From Ginsengibacter sp. (GTDB taxonomy: Bacteria > Bacteroidota > Bacteroidia > Chitinophagales > Chitinophagaceae), in contig JBQCFO010000051.1 of NCBI GenBank assembly GCA_051959055.1, positions 1-50,284 on the forward strand: a DNA stretch of 50,284 nucleotides, written 5' to 3'. This document shows, one piece after another, positions 1 to 7,626 of the stretch (the first letter of the stretch is position 1; every line of letters begins with the position of its first letter). Made by a program: the position numbers and the translations under genes. The notes under the pieces were generated by a model that did not search any database, was not told the origin of the DNA, and was given only the letters and a program-made list of their open reading frames with translations.

Positions 1-119
1 TTTTCGATTTTTCCGGTGGCTCTTTCGATCACCATCATTCTGCTGTCTTCTCTTCTTTTGGTCGGATTTTGTGCTATAAGATTGAGAGGGAGGTCAAATT
101 TAAATTGACTTAATTTCAT
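1..119 (-). CDS. queA: S-adenosylmethionine:tRNA ribosyltransferase-isomerase, 5' end (runs off window)
   Basis: Not in the ORF track. Manual translation from ATG 119 gives MKLSQFKFDLPLNLIAQNPTKRREDSRMMVIERATGKIE, matching the QueA N-terminus (F-x-LP-x-x-LIAQ-x-P...R..SR). TACCTTTG promoter box at 238-231. Confidence 0.9.
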   Translation of the reverse strand, partial: MKLSQFKFDLPLNLIAQNPTKRREDSRMMVIERATGKIE

Positions 120-230
120 GTACAATTATTGTTTTAAAAAGTTAATTGACATGCCATTTACTGTGTTACAGAGATATATGCCAGTGCTAACGGGCCATTT
201 ATCATGTTACGGCATGATTTTTAAAGGCCG

Positions 231-238
231 CAAAGGTA
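231..238 (-). promoter_or_regulatory. Bacteroidota -7 promoter element (TAnnTTTG) of queA
   Basis: Minus strand reads TACCTTTG about 110 nt upstream of the queA ATG. Confidence 0.65.
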
Positions 239-299
239 ATACCAATTATTCATTTTGCCAACTGTTTTTTTTAAAACTCCTGTATAATCATTCTAGATA

Positions 300-1250
300 C
301 TAATGTAGAAAGCTTTCGATAAGAGGAAAGAGTTTAGCTGGTTCTTCTATTTGCGGATTGTGGCCTGATTTTTCGAACATTACAAACTTTGCCTGCGGGC
401 AATATTCTTTGAATTTTTCCATCATAACCGGCACCGCAACCCGATCATATCTTCCTCCATATATCAATACAGGCATTTTCAGATTTTTCAATTCTTTGCG
501 ATAATCAAATGCGCCAATATCACTCCCTACCAGGAAATCTCCATCCCTGCCCACCATCTGATAATATAATTTTGAATTGAAAGAATTTGGATAAGGCTTT
601 TGTCCCCGGGATAAAAAATTGTTTGGATTATAGGCGTATAAAAATCCATAAGGAACTTTTCCATATAATCTTTGATGCTCCGGATCGCTTGAAACCGCAC
701 CTTTTTGACGAATCATCATTAATGAATCCCAAACTTCCGGATAATTGGTAGCAATTTCATGATTGCTGTTGTCATCATTTTTTTGCCACATAATATAACT
801 GTGAAAAGTATTAGCTAGTATCAGATGACTGACGTGTTCAGGATATTTCAACGCATATCCCTGTGCAACCACCCCGCCGTAAGAATGTCCAAGCACATTT
901 AATTTGTCGAAATGAAGCGCTTTCCGCAATCCTTCAATATCTTCAATATCGCGGGCCAGTGTATATTCTTTTACATCTTTTGCCGTATCGCTCTTACCCC
1001 TTCCGAATGCATCAAAGTAGATGATTTGATTATCTTTTGCCAAAGAATCAAATACGCGATAACCCGGGTGAGCACCGCCAGGGCCGCCAGGTATGATGAT
1101 TAATGGATTGCCGTGGCCCACCAAAACCACATAGAGCTTTGCGCTATTTACCGTTACATATTTTCCATCTGTATAACTGCTGGGAAAATTCTGGGCATAA
1201 GTAATGGCAAAAATGAAAAGCAGTGTTAAGGATAAAAATATTTTTCTCAT
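300..1250 (-). CDS. Secreted alpha/beta hydrolase, proline iminopeptidase-like
   Basis: Signal peptide, GGPG oxyanion motif, GHSYGG nucleophile elbow, C-terminal SGH catalytic His. Confidence 0.8.
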   Translation of the reverse strand: MRKIFLSLTLLFIFAITYAQNFPSSYTDGKYVTVNSAKLYVVLVGHGNPLIIIPGGPGGAHPGYRVFDSLAKDNQIIYFDAFGRGKSDTAKDVKEYTLARDIEDIEGLRKALHFDKLNVLGHSYGGVVAQGYALKYPEHVSHLILANTFHSYIMWQKNDDNSNHEIATNYPEVWDSLMMIRQKGAVSSDPEHQRLYGKVPYGFLYAYNPNNFLSRGQKPYPNSFNSKLYYQMVGRDGDFLVGSDIGAFDYRKELKNLKMPVLIYGGRYDRVAVPVMMEKFKEYCPQAKFVMFEKSGHNPQIEEPAKLFPLIESFLH

Positions 1251-1436
1251 TAAATTTTTTTAGGATGAAGATAAATTAAAATGGTGTTTTAGGTGTCTGT
1301 TTCATTTTTTTTCTTTTGTTAAAGGAATGAAAAAGCGTTTTTAATGATTAAACAATGACAGAAAATTTCATTCTATTATTTTGAAAGCAACCGATAAAAA
1401 TTTAAAAAACATTAATCATTTTAAAAATTAAATCTC

Positions 1437-2027
1437 ATGAAAAATTTACTACTCGCTCTTTTCGTCATTACCGCTTTTGCTGCTTGCAAAAGCAATTCTG
1501 ACCAGAAGGATCAGACAAGAAATATTCAGCTATTATCTGATTCTACCGCATACAATAACAATGTTTTTTCTGATACCAACAAAGTTATAAAAGCAGAGAA
1601 AATTCCTGCAAAAATTACCGAAAAACCACGGACCATTGTAATCGTAAAAAGCCCTGCAAAAAGTCCCACTAAAATTGCAACTACTTCACCTGTTGCTGAC
1701 CAGGTAACTAATATTCCAACAGCGACCAATCCACCTGTTGTGACAACTCCTGAACCTGCAAAACCTACAGTTGATAATTCTGCAAGTGGCACCAGTACTT
1801 CTCAAACTGCCTCAACCGGAAGTGAAACAAAAGTGCAGAAGAAAAAAGGGTTGAATAAAGCTTCTCAAGGTGCGATAATTGGCGGAGTTGGTGGAGCAGT
1901 AGGTGGTGCTATTATCAGCAAGAAAAAAGGTTTGGGTGCTGTGGTTGGGGGTATTGTAGGAGCAGCGGGAGGTTACATAGTTGGTAAAAATATGGACAAG
2001 AAGTATAATAAATTTGATTTTAAATAG
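1437..2027 (+). CDS. Lipoprotein with C-terminal glycine zipper (YMGG-like)
   Basis: Lipobox FAAC, low-complexity P/T/S linker, GAIIGGVGGAVGGAII...GAVVGGIVGAAGGYIVG zipper. Confidence 0.8.
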   Translation: MKNLLLALFVITAFAACKSNSDQKDQTRNIQLLSDSTAYNNNVFSDTNKVIKAEKIPAKITEKPRTIVIVKSPAKSPTKIATTSPVADQVTNIPTATNPPVVTTPEPAKPTVDNSASGTSTSQTASTGSETKVQKKKGLNKASQGAIIGGVGGAVGGAIISKKKGLGAVVGGIVGAAGGYIVGKNMDKKYNKFDFK

Positions 2028-2041
2028 AAGATCATTTTTTT

Positions 2042-2081
2042 AAAAAAAAGCCTTTTTTTTGCTAAAAAAGAAAGGCTTTTT
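2042..2081 (+). terminator. Intrinsic terminator
   Basis: AAAAAGCCTTT...AAAGGCTTTTT inverted repeat just after the stop at 2027. Confidence 0.65.
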
Positions 2082-2230
2082 CTATTATATTTTATAACCA
2101 TTAATACGGAAGGGTCTAACTAACAATGGCTTTAACAAAATTTGTACATTTTTTCACTAACTTTTCAAAAGTTGGCATTATTTTCTCCTCTACGATTTTT
2201 GATTTATATTTTTCACGAAAATTCAGTATT

Positions 2231-2764
2231 ATGAACCTCAGAACCATTAAAAAAATGTTTTTACCAATCCTGTTTTTAACCTCATTTGCTGCTTGTAACA
2301 GCAAGGAAAAAGCAGATACAAGAGATATCCAGTTATTATCCGATTCCACTGCATATCACAACAGTGTTTCTTCCGATTCAGCTAAATTAAAAAATGAAAG
2401 CCCGGTTCCGGCGACAACTATTCCTAACAAGGCTGCCGCTTCTCATAGTTCTTCAACTTCGGAAAAAGTATCGAAAACATCGTCATCTTCAAATTCAGGT
2501 ACCGTATCGAAATCAGAAACATCTTCAAATTCAGGAACTGCAGGTAGTTCGGGATCCTCTACCACACAAGGCACCCAGAAAAAAGGATGGAGTAAAGGAG
2601 CGCAAGGGGCTGTAATTGGCGGCGCTACAGGAGCAGTGGGTGGCGCCATCATTTCAAAACACAAAGGAACCGGTGCAGCGATTGGCGCGGCCGTGGGTGC
2701 AGCAGGTGGTTATATTATCGGCCATGAAAAAGATAAAAAAGACGGCCGTGTACAAAAGAAATAG
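2231..2764 (+). CDS. Lipoprotein with glycine zipper, paralog of 1437-2027
   Basis: Start moved to ATG 2231 to give a proper signal peptide (lipobox FAAC). Shares TRxIQLLSDSTAYxN and KKG..K..QGA.IGG motifs with the upstream gene. Confidence 0.8.
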   Translation: MNLRTIKKMFLPILFLTSFAACNSKEKADTRDIQLLSDSTAYHNSVSSDSAKLKNESPVPATTIPNKAAASHSSSTSEKVSKTSSSSNSGTVSKSETSSNSGTAGSSGSSTTQGTQKKGWSKGAQGAVIGGATGAVGGAIISKHKGTGAAIGAAVGAAGGYIIGHEKDKKDGRVQKK

Positions 2765-2779
2765 TTGCTAGTTTCAATG

Positions 2780-2815
2780 AAAAACCTTCCTAAAAGCATC
2801 AGGAAGGTTTTTTTT
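2780..2815. terminator. Bidirectional intrinsic terminator
   Basis: AAAAACCTTCCT-loop-AGGAAGGTTTTTTTT between convergent genes. Confidence 0.8.
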
Positions 2816-2831
2816 GATAAAAATTTGAAGA

Positions 2832-3893
2832 TCATTTCGCTCTGTCATATTGCAAAGGCCACTGCAAATCCACCCCTAACTCTTTAGCTGCATGCAACGG
2901 AAAATAAGGATCACGCACTAACTGGCGCGCCATAATGATTAAATCGGCTTTTTCATCTTCGAGAATTTCCTCTGCATGCTGAGTTATAGTAATTAATCCG
3001 ACTGCTGCAGTCAAAATATCCGCTTCTTTTCTTATTTTTTCGGAAAAGGGAACCTGGTATAAAGGAGCAACGGGAATTTTTTGTTCATGAGAATTGCCTC
3101 CTGTTGAACAATCAATTACATCTACTTCGTTTTCTTTTAAAATTTTTGCAAGAGCAACAGAATCATTTTCATCCCAACCCCCAGGCACCCAATCGGTAGC
3201 GGAAATCCGTACGAATAAAGGCGAGCCTTGTTTCATAACACTTCTCATTTCCTTTATAATTTCCACAAGCAACCTGATGCGGTTTTCAAAAGAACCCCCA
3301 TACTCATCTTTACGATAATTACTTACAGGAGATAGAAATTCGTTTATTAAATATCCATGCGCTCCGTGGATTTCAAAAACCTCAAAGCCGGCTTCTATGG
3401 CTCGTTTTGTAGCATCTCCGAAATCTTTAACCAGTTGCCTGATTTCATCATTAGTTATTTCCAGTGGCGCTGGTTCTCCTTCTTTGAATGCCACAGGGCT
3501 TGGGGCGAACGTTTGCCATCCGCCTTCATTTTCAGTCAATGCTACCCGGCCTTTCCATGGGCTTAAATGACTTGCTTTTCTTCCCGCATGTGCCAGTTGA
3601 ATCCCGGGAACTGCGCCTTGTTCTTTTATAAAACTGGTAATCCTTTTTAAAAAAGAAACGTGTTCATCTTTCCAGATTCCGAGATCAGCCGGTGAAATTC
3701 TACCTTCCGGAGAAACGGCTGTTGCTTCTGTAAAAACGAGCGCTGCACCACCAACAGCGCGTGTGCCAAGGTGTACCAAATGCCAGTCATTTGCAAATCC
3801 ATCTATACTCGAATACTGGCACATGGGTGAAACAATGATTCGGTTTTTTAAAGTAATATCCCTGATTTTTATTGGTTCAAAAAGTAAAGCCAT
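2832..3893 (-). CDS. NADH:flavin oxidoreductase, Old Yellow Enzyme family (YqjM/NamA-like)
   Basis: SPMCQYS, GIQLAHAGRKAS, EIHGAHGYL motifs. Likely start MALLFEP at 3893. Confidence 0.92.
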   Translation of the reverse strand: MALLFEPIKIRDITLKNRIIVSPMCQYSSIDGFANDWHLVHLGTRAVGGAALVFTEATAVSPEGRISPADLGIWKDEHVSFLKRITSFIKEQGAVPGIQLAHAGRKASHLSPWKGRVALTENEGGWQTFAPSPVAFKEGEPAPLEITNDEIRQLVKDFGDATKRAIEAGFEVFEIHGAHGYLINEFLSPVSNYRKDEYGGSFENRIRLLVEIIKEMRSVMKQGSPLFVRISATDWVPGGWDENDSVALAKILKENEVDVIDCSTGGNSHEQKIPVAPLYQVPFSEKIRKEADILTAAVGLITITQHAEEILEDEKADLIIMARQLVRDPYFPLHAAKELGVDLQWPLQYDRAK

Positions 3894-4013
3894 AGTTTTT
3901 TTATTTGCGAATTTCCCATCAATTTTCTTTAAAAAAAATTCTGGCAAATCAACTGAGCAAATTGTAGGGTGAAAATTAACAAGCTAAAAACACCTTATCT
4001 GATACAGCAGAAA

Positions 4014-4153
4014 GTTTTCTCTAAAGAAATTTATATTAATTTTGCCAACCTTTCAAAAAGGAAAAGGTCCCGTAGTTCAATGCCCGCTCGGCTGACCCGG
4101 TCGGACGGGGATAGAATAGAAGTTTCCTAAACTTTTGATACAAGTTCGATTCT
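4014..4153 (+). repeat. Unit 1: promoter + truncated tRNA-Arg(CCT) copy with 27-nt D-loop insert
   Basis: 4035-4082 identical to 4629-4676 (48 nt). 4110-4153 identical to 4677-4720 (44 nt). Insert CCCGCTCGGCTGACCCGGTCGGACGGG at 4083-4109. 3' T-stem and acceptor strand missing. Confidence 0.93.
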
Positions 4154-4194
4154 GTTTGTAAATAATTTCTATTAGAATAATAAAAGAAAAATAG

Positions 4195-4440
4195 ATGTTT
4201 TATGCTTATGTAATAAAATCAATTGCCTTTGATTACTATTATAAAGGTTATTGTGAGGGTTTAGAAATTCGGCTAAAACAACATAATTCTGGCATGACAA
4301 TATCTATAAAGCCTTACCTTCCTTTTAAAATTGTTTATTTTGAAAAATTCGCAACAAAAGAAGAAGCAATAAAAAGAGAAAAATATTTTAAATCTGCAGC
4401 AGGAAGAAGGCTTCTTAAAAATTGTATCAAACCTCTATGA
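4195..4440 (+). CDS. Small standalone GIY-YIG nuclease family protein
   Basis: FYAYVIKS...YYKG...RLKQHNSG...IVYFEKF...A.KREKYFKS..GR matches the compact GIY-YIG (UPF0213/YhbQ-like) pattern. Confidence 0.88.
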   Translation: MFYAYVIKSIAFDYYYKGYCEGLEIRLKQHNSGMTISIKPYLPFKIVYFEKFATKEEAIKREKYFKSAAGRRLLKNCIKPL

Positions 4441-4474
4441 ATTGAAAAGTAACTGGCAAAAGTAGAACAACAGT

Positions 4475-4610
4475 GTTTTCTCTTAAAGAGTCTCTATTAA
4501 TTTTGCCAATCTTTCAAAGTAGATATTCCCGTAGTTCAATGCCTGCCGGAATGACGCGGTTGCATGGGGATAGATTGGAAGTTTCCTAAACTTTTGATAC
4601 AAGTTCGATT
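4475..4610 (+). repeat. Unit 2: more diverged promoter + truncated tRNA-Arg copy with 27-nt D-loop insert
   Basis: TAATTTTG box 4498-4505. TCCCGTAGTTCAATG, insert CCTGCCGGAATGACGCGGTTGCATGGG (4542-4568), then GATAG..GAAGTTTCCTAAACTTTTGATACAAGTTCGATT ending at 4610. Confidence 0.92.
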
Positions 4611-4630
4611 TTTCTCTTAAGAATTTCCAT

Positions 4631-4638
4631 TAATTTTG
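4631..4638 (+). promoter_or_regulatory. -7 promoter box of tRNA-Arg (also copied at 4037-4044 and 4498-4505)
   Basis: TAATTTTG fits TAnnTTTG, 21 nt before the tRNA. Confidence 0.7.
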
Positions 4639-4659
4639 CCAACCTTTCAAAAAGGAAAA

Positions 4660-4731
4660 GGTCCCGTAGTTCAATGGATAGAATAGAAGTTTCCTAAACT
4701 TTTGATACAAGTTCGATTCTTGTCGGGACTA
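4660..4731 (+). tRNA. tRNA-Arg (anticodon CCT), intact, CCA not encoded
   Basis: Cloverleaf: acceptor GGTCCCG/CGGGACT, D arm GTTC-AATGGATA-GAAT, anticodon arm GAAGT-TTCCTAA-ACTTT, T arm ACAAG-TTCGATT-CTTGT. Confidence 0.95.
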
Positions 4732-4835
4732 CTATGCATTATATCAGCAAACCAACAAATAACTGAAATTTGTATTTTGTCTTTTAAATCAATTTAGCCT
4801 TCAATTTAAAACCTATTATTTTTTAATCTGATTTC

Positions 4836-6023
4836 ATGAAAAAAATCTTAACTGTTTCCTTTTTGTTTTCTTTCTCCGCCGCATTCGCCCAAAATTTAAA
4901 TTCCGACTTTTTTTATGTAAAAACCAAAGACTCTTTGCCTTTTTTAAAATATGGACTGGGTCAGGACAGGCTGGGTGCTGCAAAAATGACTTTTTTAGAC
5001 AGCAATGTTGTGCTTAAAGTAACCGATAGCTCGGGAACTGATTATAAAGTGCAGCTTTCACAACTCCATTCCGCCTGGATAGAAAAAGAGAAGGTTAATA
5101 AAACAATTGCAATCCAGGACAAACAGCATCTTACAGGTAGCTGGAGTGTCTATGGAGATTCTCTGTACGATTATGTGACGGTCTCACTTGACCAAAAATT
5201 GCCTTACCGGAGTGAAATGAAAATCAATCCATCAAGGATTGTGGTGGATATTTTTGGTGCGGTAAGCAATACCAACTGGATTACCCAGCTTTCTACTGCA
5301 AAAGAAATAAAAAATGCCTGGTATGAACAGCCGGAAGATGATGTAATGCGCGTCATTATTGAATTGAAGCATTCTCAAAACTGGGGCTACAGCATGTATT
5401 ATACCGAAAATAACAAACTAACCATCAGGATTAAACGGCAACCGCGGATCTTAAATTTAAGCCATTTAACCATCGCGGTTGATGCCGGCCATGGCGGTGA
5501 AAATACCGGCGCAACAGGCGTTACCTCTAAAATAAAAGAGAAGGATTATACTTTGTTAATTGCAAAAGAACTGGAAAAGCAATTGCTAAAGAAAAAAGCA
5601 AAAGTGGTGATGACACGTACCAAAGATACCACCCTGAGCATGTTTGAAAGGATCCAGTTTTTACAACAACAAAACCCTGATTTGCTGATTAGCATTCATC
5701 TGAATTCGGCATCAAAAGATACGACCAGCGGCGTAAGTACGTACTATCGTTATATCGGTTTTCGCCCTTTGAGCGAGGCAATTTTAAAAAGCATGCTACA
5801 ACTTGGGTTACATGAGTTTGGTAATGTAGGAAGTTTTAATTTTTCTTTAAGCGGCCCTACCGATTATCCAAATTGTTTGGTTGAAGTTGCCTTCCTAAGC
5901 AATAAACAGGATGAAAAAAAGATCCTGGATCCAAAGTTCCGGCGCGATGCAGCGGTGAAAATTGTAGAAGGGATAGAGGAGTATTTAAAAAAATTATACG
6001 TACTTTGTAAAAACCAATTTTAA
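4836..6023 (+). CDS. N-acetylmuramoyl-L-alanine amidase (Amidase_3)
   Basis: Signal peptide, VDAGHGG, KEK, ISIHLNS, LVEVAFLSN zinc/catalytic motifs. Confidence 0.92.
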   Translation: MKKILTVSFLFSFSAAFAQNLNSDFFYVKTKDSLPFLKYGLGQDRLGAAKMTFLDSNVVLKVTDSSGTDYKVQLSQLHSAWIEKEKVNKTIAIQDKQHLTGSWSVYGDSLYDYVTVSLDQKLPYRSEMKINPSRIVVDIFGAVSNTNWITQLSTAKEIKNAWYEQPEDDVMRVIIELKHSQNWGYSMYYTENNKLTIRIKRQPRILNLSHLTIAVDAGHGGENTGATGVTSKIKEKDYTLLIAKELEKQLLKKKAKVVMTRTKDTTLSMFERIQFLQQQNPDLLISIHLNSASKDTTSGVSTYYRYIGFRPLSEAILKSMLQLGLHEFGNVGSFNFSLSGPTDYPNCLVEVAFLSNKQDEKKILDPKFRRDAAVKIVEGIEEYLKKLYVLCKNQF

Positions 6024-6076
6024 AAAAACGGGTAAGAAGATCTGTTTTAATCCTTTTTTTAATCAAAAATATTTTA

Positions 6077-7369
6077 GTGATTCATATTTATCCAACGATA
6101 AAAAAAGCATTTGGAAAATTAAGCAACCTGGCTGAAACCCTGATTGGCAGCGAGATTGTGCGCCTTGGAGGAGAGATAAAAGAAAAAATGAAAAGGGGTG
6201 AAAAGATTTACAATTTTACCATTGGCGATTTTGATTCTTCCATATTTCCTATTCCAAAAAAATTAGAAAACGAAATTGTAGAAGCATACCGGAATAAATT
6301 TACAACTTACCCTCCCGCTGATGGAATTCTTGCTTTGCGTGAATCTGTTTCAAGATTTATAAAAGAACGCGAAGGATTGGATTTTACTACAAACGAAATT
6401 CTGATTGCCGCCGGCGGGCGGCCGCTTATTTATGCTTTATACCGGGCGTTGGTAGATAAAGGCGATAAGGTAATTTATGCGGTTCCCAGTTGGAATAATA
6501 ATCATTATGTTCATTTTACAGAAGGCCAGCATGAAGTGATCCAGGCAACCCGTGAAAATAATTTTATGCCAACGGCGGAAGATATAAAACCACATCTGAA
6601 AGATGCTGTTTTGATTGCTTTATGTTCTCCCCTAAATCCAACCGGTACTGTTTTCAAAAAACAAGAACTGGAAAAAATCTGCGATATGGTGTTGGAAGAA
6701 AATAACCGGCGCAGCAATGAAGAAAAGAAATTGTATGTAATGTACGACCAGATGTACTGGATGCTTACTTTTGGCGATACCGTGCATTATAATCCGGTAA
6801 GCCTTCGCCCTGAGATGAAAGATTACACGATATTCATTGATGGAATCAGCAAGGCCTTCGCAGCTACCGGCGTACGTGTTGGATGGGCTTTAGGCCCTGG
6901 ACATGTTTTGGCAAAAATGAAAGCAATCAACAGCCATGTAGGTGCCTGGAGCCCAATGGCGGAGCAACATGCAACGGCAAAATTCTTACTACAGAATGAT
7001 GCCATTGATGAATATCTCCATCATTATAAAAAAGAGCTTGCAGAAAGATTGCAACTGATTTATCAAGGATTTCAAAAATTAAGATCAGAAGGGTTTCCAG
7101 TGGATGCGTGTTCACCTCAGGCAGCCATATATTTAACAATTCAACTAAGTCTTGCCAACAAACGAACAAATAACGGCGATTTGCTCTCTACCCAGGCAGA
7201 TGTTACTTCTTATATTTTAAATGAAGCAAAACTGGCTGTAGTACCATTTTACGCTTTTGGCGCACCCAAAGATTCTGATTGGTACAGGTTAAGCGTCGGC
7301 ACTTGCAAAAAAGAAGAGATCCCGGAAATGCTAGAGAAACTCAGAACCGCTTTGAGTAAGCTGACGTAA
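6077..7369 (+). CDS. PLP-dependent aminotransferase class I/II
   Basis: CSPLNPTG, YDQMY, GISKAFAATGVRVGW PLP-lysine motif. True start uncertain. Confidence 0.9.
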   Translation: MIHIYPTIKKAFGKLSNLAETLIGSEIVRLGGEIKEKMKRGEKIYNFTIGDFDSSIFPIPKKLENEIVEAYRNKFTTYPPADGILALRESVSRFIKEREGLDFTTNEILIAAGGRPLIYALYRALVDKGDKVIYAVPSWNNNHYVHFTEGQHEVIQATRENNFMPTAEDIKPHLKDAVLIALCSPLNPTGTVFKKQELEKICDMVLEENNRRSNEEKKLYVMYDQMYWMLTFGDTVHYNPVSLRPEMKDYTIFIDGISKAFAATGVRVGWALGPGHVLAKMKAINSHVGAWSPMAEQHATAKFLLQNDAIDEYLHHYKKELAERLQLIYQGFQKLRSEGFPVDACSPQAAIYLTIQLSLANKRTNNGDLLSTQADVTSYILNEAKLAVVPFYAFGAPKDSDWYRLSVGTCKKEEIPEMLEKLRTALSKLT

Positions 7370-7455
7370 GATTTACTGCCGGTTTCTGTTACTTTCAAAT
7401 GTTTGTTTTCCAACTCAACTAAGCCATCTTTTTCCATTTCGTGAAGATTTGCAGA
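7370..7455 (-). pseudogene. Possible remnant of the HemN (radical SAM coproporphyrinogen oxidase) C-terminal region
   Basis: Minus frame reads LHEMEKDGLVELENKHLKVTETG, resembling the HemN_C motif L.EME.DGL......L.VT..G. No upstream coding region. Confidence 0.45.
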
Positions 7456-7626
7456 ATGGAAAATGCTTGTATATGCCGGAAAAGAGAATGCACTTATTCA
7501 ACTATTCATATTGCTTTCGCTTTAATCAATCCTGATACAGGTTCAATGATGATTCTTCAGAAAGTGAGTTGCCACTATACTTTCTATATCTTTTTGGGTG
7601 TAATTTAATATTTTTGTGGATCACAA

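Noticed and set aside
118-303. 61-aa + strand ORF
   Set aside because: Overlaps the queA leader and promoter on the opposite strand, with no recognizable motif.
4066-4610. Intron-containing functional tRNA genes
   Set aside because: Both copies lack the 3' T-stem and acceptor strand, and 27 nt is far too short for a self-splicing intron.
4014-4731. CRISPR array or classical prophage/ICE att sites
   Set aside because: The repeats are tRNA-derived and about 136 bp, the two inserts are related rather than unique spacers, and there is no cas gene or integrase.
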